Source: Vulcanimicrobiota bacterium (lineage in GTDB: Bacteria; Vulcanimicrobiota; Vulcanimicrobiia; Vulcanimicrobiales; Vulcanimicrobiaceae). Taken from it: a stretch of DNA of 64,000 bases. Where the stretch lies: the NCBI GenBank assembly GCA_963733295.1, contig CAVTCS010000003.1:2560001-2624000 (forward strand), written 5' to 3'. Shown piece by piece: positions 40,841 to 50,789 of this stretch (position 1 is the first letter of the stretch; every line of letters begins with the position of its first letter). The notes under the pieces are model-generated. The model was given only the letters and a program-made list of their open reading frames with translations. It was not told where the DNA came from and searched no databases. The position numbers were made by a program, and so were the translations under genes.

Positions 40841-40988
40841 TACCGGCGCTTTCGCGCCCCTCTCCCGGCGCTCCCCGGATTTAAGCGTCGCGCGTTGAAG
40901 ATTGCGCTGCCGGCACTCACGTTGCTACAACGAGGCCGGACGTAGCCATGCCCTAGGAGCGCCTTTCTCTTGTGGAGGTTCCGAAGTC

Positions 40989-42341
40989 ATGCGTAGGAAG
41001 TTTTTCATCATCGGAACGGGAGCGGCGATTGCCGCCTCGCCGGCTCGCCCGATCGCTGCCGGCTCAGCAATCTACGCCGACGCGAACAACGGCCAACTCG
41101 GTGCCGAGTTGAGCGCTGCCGAATTCGCCGGCGTGCAGCACGCGCTGCTGCCCGACGCGCTCAAAGGAACGGCGCTGGAGGTGCAAAACGCTGCACCCTC
41201 TGCTGCGACCCGCGTCGTGCTCGCGAACCTGCCGACGGTTTCGACGCAAGGAGTTCCCGGCAAGGTCGGAGCTCCCGGTTCGTGCGAGGCCCAATCGTTT
41301 GGTTACTGTCTGGGCGCCTATACCGCCGCGCGGAATCCGAACGGCAGCCGCAAGTGGAGCGCCGGCGATGGCGGCAATCAGCCGAGCGCCGCGTGGCTCT
41401 ATCAGTGGGTACACCAAGTGAACGGCCACGGTGCCAAGACTTGCCCGAGCGGTTCGGGCGCGACCCCGTACGCTCGAAAACTGGTCACGACCGGTGCCCC
41501 GAGCACGGCGAAGTATCCGTACAATCCGCACAACGGCGTGACCGTGGATGCCGTCTGCTCGTATATCGAGTCGCTCGATGTAAACGACGCCGGACCAGAC
41601 GCTTCACGGCTCTTAGTCGGATCGTACAAAGCGTTCTCGGGTCTCGTCGACAACCGCTCGCAGTACCTCGACACGTTCAAAGCGCTCATACGTCAAGGCC
41701 ATGCGATTGCGTTCAGCGGTCGTGTTGCCAAGGTCTATTGCATCGAAAACCCGCCGCTGGTAAAGGGCGCGTTCACCGCACCGCAGGGATTCATCCCTAA
41801 GTCAGGTCACGGCCAAGTAATCGTCGGCTACGACGACTCGAAGGGCCCGCATGGCGCGTTCCTCGTTCAGAACAGCTTCGGGCCGGGTTGGAATCCGGGA
41901 CCGCGCGACGATCCGGGCCACAACGGGCGCATCTGGTGGGGCTACGGCGCGTGGTTCAAGAGCCAGGGCTACGCGCTCGTGATGTATCCAAACCTGGACG
42001 AAACCCCGGGCGGCTACAAACTCGGCAAGATGGGCTCGGGCCCCGAGCTGTACGTTCGCAGCGCAAAGCAGTACTCCGAAAGCGGCAACCACTATGCTGT
42101 GCTTGTTCTGCAGGCCACGGACGCGATCACGCTGTCGAAGGTCGAGGTGCTCGGCAGCGGCGGAAAGAGCGCCGCCGATACGCTGCCGACCGCCGCGAAC
42201 CTGGCCGAAACGATGCGTTTCGGTTATGCCTACGTCAAGCGCGCGACTGCGTTCGCGCCGGGCCAATACGAGGCAACGATCTCGGCAACCAACCAGACCG
42301 GCCAAAGCGTCACATACAAGGGACCCATCAAGATCGCCTAA
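40989..42341 (+). CDS. Tat-exported papain-like (C1) cysteine peptidase
   Basis: MRRKFF Tat signal; QG..GSC, GHGQVIVGYDD, VQNSFG. Confidence 0.82.
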   Translation: MRRKFFIIGTGAAIAASPARPIAAGSAIYADANNGQLGAELSAAEFAGVQHALLPDALKGTALEVQNAAPSAATRVVLANLPTVSTQGVPGKVGAPGSCEAQSFGYCLGAYTAARNPNGSRKWSAGDGGNQPSAAWLYQWVHQVNGHGAKTCPSGSGATPYARKLVTTGAPSTAKYPYNPHNGVTVDAVCSYIESLDVNDAGPDASRLLVGSYKAFSGLVDNRSQYLDTFKALIRQGHAIAFSGRVAKVYCIENPPLVKGAFTAPQGFIPKSGHGQVIVGYDDSKGPHGAFLVQNSFGPGWNPGPRDDPGHNGRIWWGYGAWFKSQGYALVMYPNLDETPGGYKLGKMGSGPELYVRSAKQYSESGNHYAVLVLQATDAITLSKVEVLGSGGKSAADTLPTAANLAETMRFGYAYVKRATAFAPGQYEATISATNQTGQSVTYKGPIKIA

Positions 42342-42374
42342 CCGAAACGCCCGCCACAGTCGAGCACTTGGTGC

Positions 42375-43202
42375 TTAGTGAACCGCTACGCCGATGCCGT
42401 CGCCGAGATCGGAGATCGTCGGCGTGGTCGGCGTTCCGTTCGGCATGTAGGTCGTGAGTGAGTCGGCTTGCTGATTGACGACGTAGATCTTGCCGGTCAC
42501 ATCGACCGTCACGGCGAGGGGCCGAAGCCGAAGGTCGATCGTCGGCGGGACCGGCTTCCCTTCGGCGTTGTAACTTGTCAGGACATCGTTGTCGAAGTCG
42601 GTGACGTAAATTTTGCCGGTCGCATCGACCGCCACGCTCGTGGGACCGGCGAAGCCGGTGATGGTCGGCGCGGCCGGAGTTCCATCGGCCGCGTAGGTCG
42701 TCACCGTGCCGTTGCCATGATTCGCGACGTAGATCTTGCCGGATCCGTCGACCGCGACCCCGTCGGGTGCGCTTAGCCCACGGGAGATCGTCGGAGTGGC
42801 AGGCGAACCATCGGAGTTGTAGGTCGTCAGCGTATCGTTGTTCGAGTTCGCGACGTAAATCTTCCCGGCCGCATCGACCGCTATGCCGTTGGGCCCGCTT
42901 AGCCCACGGGTGATCGTCGGCGTGGTCGGTTTTCCATCGGCGGTAAAAGTCGTCACCGTGCCGCCATGATGGTCCGTAACGTAAATCTTCCCGCCTGCGT
43001 CGACCGCTACGCCGTGAAGAAAGGACACCCCGGTGGAGATCGTGGGTGTGGTCGGGGTTCCGTCGATCTTGTAGGTCGAGATGGTACCGCTGCTTATCGA
43101 GCTCGCGATGTAGATGCGCGACGGCGCGCGCGGCGCCGAGCTACAGGCACTCACGACAATTACAGCGACGAGCGCCGCACCCAAACTCCGCAAAATCATC
43201 AT
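42375..43202 (-). CDS. NHL-repeat beta-propeller lipoprotein
   Basis: Lipobox VSAC; ~6 repeats of TPTI..GL..P.GVAVD..GKIYV. Confidence 0.88.
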   Translation of the reverse strand: MMILRSLGAALVAVIVVSACSSAPRAPSRIYIASSISSGTISTYKIDGTPTTPTISTGVSFLHGVAVDAGGKIYVTDHHGGTVTTFTADGKPTTPTITRGLSGPNGIAVDAAGKIYVANSNNDTLTTYNSDGSPATPTISRGLSAPDGVAVDGSGKIYVANHGNGTVTTYAADGTPAAPTITGFAGPTSVAVDATGKIYVTDFDNDVLTSYNAEGKPVPPTIDLRLRPLAVTVDVTGKIYVVNQQADSLTTYMPNGTPTTPTISDLGDGIGVAVH

Positions 43203-43231
43203 CGCCTACTCCCCTGTGCCGCGAACGACGC

Positions 43232-43705
43232 CTACAAGCCGAGGTCGCTTAAGCTCTGATGATCGGCCGGCCGGGGCCCGCTGCGATCCCAGTGGTAAAG
43301 ACGGTCCCCTTCGGCGATAGGGCGATCGTTGATGCTCGCGTGACGCACGCGCATGAGTCCGTTTTCGTCGAATTCCCAATTCTCGTTCCCGTACGCGCGG
43401 AACCAATTGTTCGAATCGTCACGAAATTCGTAAGCGAAGCGCACGCCAATACGGTTTCCGGCGAACGCCCAAAGTTCTTTGATGAGACGGTATTCATTCT
43501 CGCGGTTCCACTTCCGGATGAGGAACTCGACGATCTTGTCGCGACCCCGGAAGATCTCACTCCGATTGCGCCAGCTGCTGTCGACCGTGTAGGCGAGCGA
43601 AACGCGCTGCGGATCGCAGCTGTTCCAGGCGTCTTCGGCTGCGCGAATCTTCTGGATAGCCGTCTCTCGCGAGAAGGGCGGCAGCGGGGGACGGACGTCG
43701 GACAT
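43232..43705 (-). CDS. DUF1348 / NTF2-family protein
   Basis: [36 protein letters not shown]. Confidence 0.92.
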   Translation of the reverse strand: MSDVRPPLPPFSRETAIQKIRAAEDAWNSCDPQRVSLAYTVDSSWRNRSEIFRGRDKIVEFLIRKWNRENEYRLIKELWAFAGNRIGVRFAYEFRDDSNNWFRAYGNENWEFDENGLMRVRHASINDRPIAEGDRLYHWDRSGPRPADHQSLSDLGL

Positions 43706-43711
43706 GTGGTT

Positions 43712-44464
43712 TTACGTCTTTCGTATGAACGGCGTGACGAGGTCGATCGGAAGCGGGAAGATCGTCGTTGAGTTGTGTTCGGTTGCGATCTCCGTGAGTG
43801 CTTGCAAGTAGCGAAGCTGGAGCGCCACCGGCTGCGCTTGAATTTTCTCCGCGGCCATCACGAGTTTTTCAGCCGCCTGATACTCGCCTTCTGCGTTGAT
43901 GACCTTCGCGCGCCGCTCCCGTTCGGCTTCAGCTTGCTTCGCCATCGCGCGCTTCATGGAGTCCGGCAAGACGACGTCACGGACCTCGACGTGAGTAACC
44001 TTGATGCCCCACGGTCCCGAGCCTACGTCGATCACTTGCTGAAGCTGCTGATTGATCCGGTCGCGCTGACTTAGGAGCTCGTCTAACTCGTGGTGTCCGA
44101 TGACGCTGCGCAACGTGGTCTGAGCGAGCAGGAACGTCGCTTTGGAAAAGTTTTCTACTTTCACGACGGCGTCCTCGGGATTGACGACGCGGAAGTACAC
44201 GACCGCGTCCACCGTGACGGGAACGTTGTCGCGCGTCATCATCTCCTGGCGGGGCACGTCCAACGTGACGACGCGCAGGTCGATCTTGATCATCCGGTCG
44301 ACGATCGGGATCAGGAAGATCACCCCCGGTCCCCTCGCGGGGAGCAGGCGTCCGAGGCGAAAGACGATCCCTCGCTCGTACTCACGCGCGATCTTCACTG
44401 CAGCGGAGAGCAGCGCTACTACCACAATGATGACTGCGATTAGAATCGCAATGACGGTGTTCAT
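43712..44464 (-). CDS. Slipin (SPFH/stomatin-like) protein
   Basis: [46 protein letters not shown]. Confidence 0.94.
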   Translation of the reverse strand: MNTVIAILIAVIIVVVALLSAAVKIAREYERGIVFRLGRLLPARGPGVIFLIPIVDRMIKIDLRVVTLDVPRQEMMTRDNVPVTVDAVVYFRVVNPEDAVVKVENFSKATFLLAQTTLRSVIGHHELDELLSQRDRINQQLQQVIDVGSGPWGIKVTHVEVRDVVLPDSMKRAMAKQAEAERERRAKVINAEGEYQAAEKLVMAAEKIQAQPVALQLRYLQALTEIATEHNSTTIFPLPIDLVTPFIRKT

Positions 44465-45837
44465 CTCATCCCCTCTTTCTGCCGGGCTTCCGCGGCTTTG
44501 CGCACTTTGAGATGCAATCCGCTGACCTGGACCACGCGAACGAGTTCGCCGGTGGGGACGGAGCCGTCCACAACCTCGGCGCTCCACAGCTCACCGTCGA
44601 CGAGCACCATGCCCGCCGGAGCCAGGTCGCTGCGCGCCGTCGCAAGCTCGCCGAGCAGCGCCTCGCGCCCCGTTCGCACCCTGCGAGCTTGCGCGCGCAA
44701 TCCGGCCCCTACGGCAAAAAGGAAGAACGCGCCGGTCAGCACGGCGATCGTGAGAATGAGTGCAAGTGAAATGCGCAGGAACGGAGCTTGATTCTCCGTG
44801 AGGAGCAGCGAGCCCAGGACGAACGACGCGATTCCGCCCGCCGTCAGGACACCGTGACTGGTTACCTTGAGGTCGGCGATGAACAGGATCAATGCGAACC
44901 CGATCAGCAACAAGCCGGCGACGTTCACTGCAACGATCGCAAACGAGGCGAACGCGAGAATGAGCGCGAGCCCGCCGATCACGCCGGGGAAGACCGAGCC
45001 GGGGTTGCTCAACTCGAAGATGATCCCGTAGATCGCCACCGTCATGAGAATGAATCCCACGTTCGGGTCACCCAGGAGAAGCAGCAACTGCTCCGCCAAG
45101 TTCATCGGAATCTCGACGATTCGCGCACTGCGCGTCTCGAGCCGGCGCTCGCCGGATGCTGTCTGGACCTGCCTTCCGTCGATCATTGCCAGGAGTTCGC
45201 GCGGGCTGCCGGCGATGAGGTCGACGACGTGCAGTTGAAGTGCTTGCGCGTCGGTGATCGAAACGCTCTCTCGCACCGCCTGCTCCGCCCAAGCGGCGTT
45301 GCGCCCGTGCCTGGTTGCAAGTCCGCGAATCTCTGCGACGGCGTCGTTCGTGAGCTTCGTCATCTCCGTCTTGTCGATGCCGCCGCCACCGAGAGCGACC
45401 GGGTGGGCGGCGCCGAGATGCGTCGTGGGCGCCATGGCGGCGATGCCGGCCGCGTAAACGATGAAGACGCCCGCCGACGCGGCACGCCCTCCGCTCGGGT
45501 ACACGAAGGCTGCGGTCGGGACCGCCGAGCTCAGCATGGCCTTTGTGATGTCATCCATCGATTTGAGCGAGCCGCCCGGCGTATCGATTTCGATGACGAG
45601 CAGCTGGGCGTTGTCGCTGGCGGCCTGGCTAAGCCCTCGAAGTACGTATCGGGCGGTGCCGGGACCGACGATGCCGTCAAGCCGAACGACCTCCACCAGC
45701 GGTTCGGTTCCCTGCGCAACGCGTGCCGCATCGGCGACGCAACTCGCTGCGAGCCAGGCGCCGAGCGCCGCTAATGTCGTCAGAGCCGAGAGCGCGCCTA
45801 CGAAGGGCAGCCGCTTCAGCCCGACTGCCTCGAGCAT
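44461..45837 (-). CDS. nfeD: NfeD family membrane serine protease
   Basis: [26 protein letters not shown]-terminal OB domain GELWSA; coupled to slipin. Confidence 0.92.
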   Translation of the reverse strand: MLEAVGLKRLPFVGALSALTTLAALGAWLAASCVADAARVAQGTEPLVEVVRLDGIVGPGTARYVLRGLSQAASDNAQLLVIEIDTPGGSLKSMDDITKAMLSSAVPTAAFVYPSGGRAASAGVFIVYAAGIAAMAPTTHLGAAHPVALGGGGIDKTEMTKLTNDAVAEIRGLATRHGRNAAWAEQAVRESVSITDAQALQLHVVDLIAGSPRELLAMIDGRQVQTASGERRLETRSARIVEIPMNLAEQLLLLLGDPNVGFILMTVAIYGIIFELSNPGSVFPGVIGGLALILAFASFAIVAVNVAGLLLIGFALILFIADLKVTSHGVLTAGGIASFVLGSLLLTENQAPFLRISLALILTIAVLTGAFFLFAVGAGLRAQARRVRTGREALLGELATARSDLAPAGMVLVDGELWSAEVVDGSVPTGELVRVVQVSGLHLKVRKAAEARQKEGMR

Positions 45838-45939
45838 AATCTCTTCATTTGACTAACTCGAGTAGATTTCCACTCGTTTTCGCTTTCTGAGAGCAAAACC
45901 AGCAGAGAGCCTAGAACGCAGACGCGCGGAGGAGGCAAC

Positions 45940-46311
45940 ATGGGAGCTCCAGTCGTTCACTTTGAGATCATCGGAAAAGACGCACCGGCACTACGGGCGT
46001 TCTATCGCGACGCATTCGGCTGGAACGTCGGCGACCGAGTCGGCGGCGCCGGGATTACCGACTACACCCTTGTCGAAACGGGCGGCGGTACTGGAATCGC
46101 CGGCGGCATCGGTGCGGCGCCGGAGGGGTACGACGGTCACGTCACCTTCTACATTCAAGTTCCCGACGTGGCGCTCGCACTCGAAGCGGTCGAGCGGCGC
46201 GGCGGAACGAAAATGATGGGACCGAGTGACGTCCGCGGCGGACCGGTTATCGGACTCTTTGAGGATCCCGAAGGGCACGTCATCGGTCTCGTCAAGGGCC
46301 CGGCCGCTTAA
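45940..46311 (+). CDS. VOC (glyoxalase-like) family protein
   Basis: VVHFEI, FY..AFGW, FEDPEGHVIGL; SD GGAGG. Confidence 0.9.
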   Translation: MGAPVVHFEIIGKDAPALRAFYRDAFGWNVGDRVGGAGITDYTLVETGGGTGIAGGIGAAPEGYDGHVTFYIQVPDVALALEAVERRGGTKMMGPSDVRGGPVIGLFEDPEGHVIGLVKGPAA

Positions 46312-46320
46312 GCGGAGCGC

Positions 46321-47901
46321 ATGCGGCGCCCAATGTCACGCTTCGCTTCCGCGCTGGTCCTTGCATCGCTCGTGGCATCGACCGCGCTCTCGTCTGCGGC
46401 ATCCACACCCGGCGGCGCGAATGCCGGCAACCTGACGGTCGAGGCGGTCCTCGCAAAGGCGCTGGCGGCGCGCGGCAACACCAAGCCGGTGCGAAGCGAA
46501 ATCGAGATTTGGACGATTCACGAACTCGGCGTGGACGGCACGCTCCGGCGCGTTTCGCGCGGACGCGATTGGACCGAAACGCGAACGCGTGACGGCTTCG
46601 TGAGCGCCGACGGTTCGTCGGGCGGCACGACGTGGCGCCAAAACGAGAACGGCGAAGTCATCGTCGAGCAGAATGGCGGCGGAAGCGATGCGGATCGGAA
46701 ACCCGTCGCGCAGCGTTCGAGCCGGATTGGGGCGCCGATCGACGCTTGGGCCGTCGACACCGTCGCGGCGAACGGCGACTTCCGGCGCGACTATTACGAC
46801 CCATCGACGTTCCGTCTCGTACGGCGCGAGCGCAGCGAACTCGGGACGCATTCCTATGAGATCTTCGACGACTACACGACGAACGCGGCCGGAAGAACGT
46901 TCGCGCGTCACGTGTACGGCGGTGACGACCGGCCGAACAACGACTGGGACCAGCGGCTCGTGACGGACGACCTCTCGACCCCGGTGAACGCGTCCGACAT
47001 CGCGATTCCCGCGAACCGCCGGACGCTTGTCGAATTCCCGCAAGGACGCTCGACGGTTCGTCTGCCCGCGCAGATCGAGCGCGGTCTCATCGTCGTTCGC
47101 GCGGAGATCGCGGGAAAGAGCCTCGACTTCATCCTCGACAGCGGCTCCGCCACGATCGCGCTCGACGCCGCGACGGCGGAGGAACTGGGGTTAAGGTTTT
47201 CGGGCAAGGGTACTGCGACGGTCGCGGGGAGCGTCTCGGAAAGCCAAGCCGTAATCCCGGAGATGCACGTTGGAGAGCTTACGATGCACGATGTCGTGGT
47301 CGACACTCTTCCCGTCGCAGTCGAGCTCGACGACCACACGAGCGCCGTGGGATTGCTCGGGTTTGATTTTCTCGACGGAGCCGCCGTCACCGTGGACTAC
47401 GACGGCGGGACCGTCGACGCGACCGCACCGGAAGCGTTCGCGCCGCCGGCGAGCGCGACGGCGATCGCCACCGCGATGAACTACGGTGCGCCTGAGGTCT
47501 CGCTCGCCGTAGGCGGCCTCGAAGGCGACCGTTTCGTGGTCGACACGGGCGCCCAACAAGCGACGGTTGTGCTCTTCCGGCACTTCGCGCGCCTGCACCC
47601 ACGCGCGATCTCGGAGGCGTTGTGGCGCGGCTACGGTCAGAAGACCAAGCTCGACATGATCGGCGGGAGCATGACGAACACGCAGGTGCTCCTCAAGAAC
47701 GTTACCTTCGGGCCGTGGTTGTTCGCGGGAATGGACGGACTGCTCTCCAACTCACCGCCTTCGTTCGACAACCAAGACGGACTGATCGGGTCGAGGTTTC
47801 TCGACCTGTTCAAGCTCACGCTCGACGAACCTCACTCGCGGATCTACTTGGAACCGACCGGACCGATGCCGCTCAATCCGGCCGCCGCGAAAACCTTGTA
47901 A
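46321..47901 (+). CDS. Secreted protein with tandem retropepsin-like aspartyl protease domains
   Basis: FILDSGS...GLLGFDFL and FVVDTGA...GLIGSRFL; signal peptide. Confidence 0.85.
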   Translation: MRRPMSRFASALVLASLVASTALSSAASTPGGANAGNLTVEAVLAKALAARGNTKPVRSEIEIWTIHELGVDGTLRRVSRGRDWTETRTRDGFVSADGSSGGTTWRQNENGEVIVEQNGGGSDADRKPVAQRSSRIGAPIDAWAVDTVAANGDFRRDYYDPSTFRLVRRERSELGTHSYEIFDDYTTNAAGRTFARHVYGGDDRPNNDWDQRLVTDDLSTPVNASDIAIPANRRTLVEFPQGRSTVRLPAQIERGLIVVRAEIAGKSLDFILDSGSATIALDAATAEELGLRFSGKGTATVAGSVSESQAVIPEMHVGELTMHDVVVDTLPVAVELDDHTSAVGLLGFDFLDGAAVTVDYDGGTVDATAPEAFAPPASATAIATAMNYGAPEVSLAVGGLEGDRFVVDTGAQQATVVLFRHFARLHPRAISEALWRGYGQKTKLDMIGGSMTNTQVLLKNVTFGPWLFAGMDGLLSNSPPSFDNQDGLIGSRFLDLFKLTLDEPHSRIYLEPTGPMPLNPAAAKTL

Positions 47902-47983
47902 GCGGGCTCGCGCGGAATCTGCGGGGACGTCGCTGAAGTCACAACAACCGCATCTGCGGCTTTCATATAACATATAAAGGTAC

Positions 47984-48643
47984 GTGGATTTCTTTATGCG
48001 CTTGATGTTGTTCTTGACCGCACTTGCGGCCGTATCGATCCTCCCCGCCGGCGCGCAAGTCCCGCGGGACGCGCAGCGACTGGGCATCACCGTCGCGGGC
48101 CGCGCGACCGTACGCGTCCCGGCCGACGGGATCCGGTTCGATGCGAACGTTTCCGGAAGCCTCAGCGACGCCGACCAGGACTCGATTCTCGCGGCGCTGC
48201 GCGCGGGCGGTATCGACTCACCGCAAATCGTATCCTCGAACGTCGTGTCGGCGAACGGTTTCGCGTACGTGCGCGGTTCGCTTCGGCATCCGACGCGAGA
48301 CCGCATCGACGCCTTCGGCAAGCTCGCCGCGTCGATTCTCGCAGCGCATCCCGGCTTGCGGCTCCAAAACACCGTCGCGGTCCCCTACCTCGACGATTGC
48401 GCCAAGGCCGAAGAGCAGGCGCGCCGGCAAGCGCTCGACGACGCCCGGCGACGCGCGAGCGCGATCGCCGCGATCGAAGGTCTCACCGTCGGCAACCTCG
48501 AGAGCGTCACCGAAATCCCCGCGCAAGCCTGTCTTCCGAGCGAAGGCCGGCTCGTCTCGCAGATCTCGCAGAACGGCATCGAGCGCGACCCAGCGGTGTA
48601 CGTCAACGTGACCGAAAACGTAACCTTCGCAATCCGCTACTGA
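47984..48643 (+). CDS. SIMPL (DUF541) domain protein
   Basis: ITVAGRATVRVPAD, ARRQALDDARRRA, VNVTENVTFAI. Confidence 0.8.
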   Translation: MDFFMRLMLFLTALAAVSILPAGAQVPRDAQRLGITVAGRATVRVPADGIRFDANVSGSLSDADQDSILAALRAGGIDSPQIVSSNVVSANGFAYVRGSLRHPTRDRIDAFGKLAASILAAHPGLRLQNTVAVPYLDDCAKAEEQARRQALDDARRRASAIAAIEGLTVGNLESVTEIPAQACLPSEGRLVSQISQNGIERDPAVYVNVTENVTFAIRY

Positions 48644-48645
48644 CA

Positions 48646-49197
48646 TCACCGTGACTCCGGCGAAGCCGCGCCGAGTCCCGTGGAAATTGCTGCAGCGGCG
48701 TGCCGCAACGATTGTTGTTGAGAGCGAGTCAATAGATAAAACGCGACGCCATGCGTGATCAACAGCGCAGGCACATAGATGATCACGATCGCGTATCCAG
48801 CTCCTAGTTGGCCCGCAATGTTTGGAAGACCAACTTGAATGCCGTGATAGTAATCGAGAATCAGGTCGACCGCGCCGACGAGATTAAACGCGACAGCGAA
48901 CAGCCAAAAGAGCGCGCGCATCCTCACGGTCAGCAGTGTCAGCAGAGCGAGCACGCCAGTTGCAAAATCTCCGTACGCCGCAAACACCGCGTAGGTCGGA
49001 GGCAAATTCGCTCCCACCACGCCTGGCAAGATGAAGATAAGCCCAAAGAATCGGAAGCTGTGGAAAGTGGCAATCGCCCGAAGCGCGCCGACGCGATCCA
49101 TCGACTTAAGCTTCGGCAGAACGTAGCTGCCGAAAAACAGCAACCAAGCGACGTAGCCTAGGACGAGTTGCGTCAGGAAAATGATTTGCGGCGGCAT
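48646..49197 (-). CDS. Membrane protein of unknown function (~5 TM)
   Basis: FHSFRFFG, AAYGD, AFNLVG..D, YVPALLITH; SD GGAGG before ATG at 49197. Confidence 0.8.
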   Translation of the reverse strand: MPPQIIFLTQLVLGYVAWLLFFGSYVLPKLKSMDRVGALRAIATFHSFRFFGLIFILPGVVGANLPPTYAVFAAYGDFATGVLALLTLLTVRMRALFWLFAVAFNLVGAVDLILDYYHGIQVGLPNIAGQLGAGYAIVIIYVPALLITHGVAFYLLTRSQQQSLRHAAAAISTGLGAASPESR

Positions 49198-49217
49198 GTG
49201 GCCCTCCCAATCGTTTC

Positions 49218-49263
49218 GGTACCCGTCGGTACCAGCAGGTAACGATGGTACTATGTGGTACCA
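49218..49263. promoter_or_regulatory. Two palindromic operators GGTAC-N6-GTACC, probably TetR sites
   Basis: GGTACCCGTCGGTACC (49218-33) and GGTACTATGTGGTACC (49247-62) in the divergent intergenic region before tetR. Confidence 0.65.
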
Positions 49264-49284
49264 AGCTTTGTCAAGGGGGACGAA

Positions 49285-49887
49285 ATGGGCGAGGAGGCGG
49301 TTCGTGAGCGCATCCTTCAAGCGGCTTTTGCGGCATTCACTAGCGGTGGCTATGCGGCAACCAGCACGGCCGAAATCGCCGCGCGCGCGCGTGTCTCAAA
49401 ACGCGAGCTTTATACCCTCGTCGGCAACAAGCGCGAGATATTGATCGCCTGTATCAGCGAACGCGCAAAGCGACTGCACGTGCCGGAAGATTTGCCCGTG
49501 GTACGCGATCGCAAAACCCTCGCGCAGGTGCTCGTTTCCTCCGGAGCTCAACTTTTGCGCGAGATCACCGATCCAACGGTCGTTGCCGCGTTTCGATTGG
49601 CCATCGCCGAGGCGCCTCTCGCGCCGGAGGTTGCTGAGACGCTCGATTCGATTGGGCGGCAGACCTTCCGCGTTGCTTTGCGCAGTATCATGACCCAAGC
49701 GGAGAAGTCAGAATTGCTGAAGGGCCGTCCAGCCGAACTTGCTGCGCTTTTCGGAGCACTGCTGATAGGCGATCTACTCGTGAGTTTGTTGCTTGGCGTC
49801 GCTAAGCGACCAAACGCGCGCGAAATCGAAAAGCGTGCCGACGACGCCACAACCGCCTTCCTTCAACTTTGCGCCGAGTCTAGTTAG
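49285..49887 (+). CDS. TetR/AcrR family regulator
   Basis: RERILQAA..F...GY..TS..EIA.RA.VSK..LY. Confidence 0.92.
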   Translation: MGEEAVRERILQAAFAAFTSGGYAATSTAEIAARARVSKRELYTLVGNKREILIACISERAKRLHVPEDLPVVRDRKTLAQVLVSSGAQLLREITDPTVVAAFRLAIAEAPLAPEVAETLDSIGRQTFRVALRSIMTQAEKSELLKGRPAELAALFGALLIGDLLVSLLLGVAKRPNAREIEKRADDATTAFLQLCAESS

Positions 49888-50225
49888 GCGATGGTTTGCA
49901 TGAAACTCTTCATGATCGCACTGCGGATGAGGGTCAGCGAGGGCGCGCCCTCCCTTCCGTCTCCGGCCGGGTAGGTCCGGCACATCAGACCGTACGCACT
50001 TCGTCCATCGGCGCCCGGTTCGACATCGCGGCCGTTCACGCGCACCGACGGAGATCCGAGAAAGCGCAGCGCCTGTGCGACTTCCGGAATCTCTACCAGA
50101 ACTTCGACGACGTTCGCGTGGAGCGCTTCGACAACGAGGGCCTCGCGCACGCGGCCGCGCGTCGTCGTGACGTTCGGGCAGCCTGCGAACGAGAGTATCT
50201 CGATGCGCAAGGGAGAACGCGTCAT
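49884..50225 (-). CDS. Thioredoxin-like small protein (DUF2703 / alkylmercury-lyase N-terminal-like)
   Basis: IEILSFAGCPN, FLGSPSVRVNGRD, MCRTY, GAPS; ATGA-coupled to the upstream gene. Confidence 0.8.
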   Translation of the reverse strand: MTRSPLRIEILSFAGCPNVTTTRGRVREALVVEALHANVVEVLVEIPEVAQALRFLGSPSVRVNGRDVEPGADGRSAYGLMCRTYPAGDGREGAPSLTLIRSAIMKSFMQTIA

Positions 50226-50782
50226 TCTCGCAGCGCCTGCTCGACGTGCTCGCGAAATACCGTCGGATCGAGCCGTGGGGCGATCGTCACGCCGGCGAGC
50301 TGATGCATCCAAAACGACGGCTTCGGCGGCATCGTAGCCGTCCAACGCACCCCGCGCGGATAGAGGAGGTACACGTCCCACGCTGCGTCCGGTGTCGAAA
50401 GCACGTGGCCGTAGGCGCCCCCGAGCCAATCGTCGCCGTCCCAATAGTGGTAAGCGCGCTTGTCGGGCACGAGACCCATCGCGTCCGGAACGTTCGACGC
50501 CTGCGCGCCCAGTTGTGGAACCCAAACCACGTACGCTGCCAGATCGCTACTCGACTCGGCACTTAGCACGTCACGTTGAATTTCGAGAGACCCCCGAAGA
50601 CATTCGCCTCAAGTCGGGCTGACGAGCATGACGATGCGGACCTTGCCCGCATCGTGGTTGAATGCCGATCGTAGCGGTTCGCCGGCGCCCTCGATTTGCT
50701 CGTAACGTTCCGTTGTGCGGGCGCGCGCACAGCCGCCGAGTACCGTTCCGGCGCCGGCGATCAAGAATGCCTTTCGTTCCAT
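50222..50782 (-). CDS. Predicted selenoprotein: exported thioredoxin-fold lipoprotein with UxxC (Sec58)
   Basis: In-frame TGA at 50609-50611 in VMLVSPT-U-GEC; frame continues 128 codons to a stop coupled to the next gene; lipobox LGGC; SD GAGGA; SECIS-like hairpin; selAB present. Confidence 0.85.
50578..50605 (-). promoter_or_regulatory. Bacterial SECIS-like hairpin
   Basis: GAAU-guc-UUCGGG[GGUCU]CUCGAA-AUUC; apical loop starts with G about 17 nt after the UGA. Confidence 0.7.
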
Positions 50783-50789
50783 GCGATCC

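Noticed and set aside
47947..47979. Short hairpin CCGCATCTGCGG plus CATATAA direct repeat
   Set aside because: Too short to distinguish from chance or a generic promoter/terminator element
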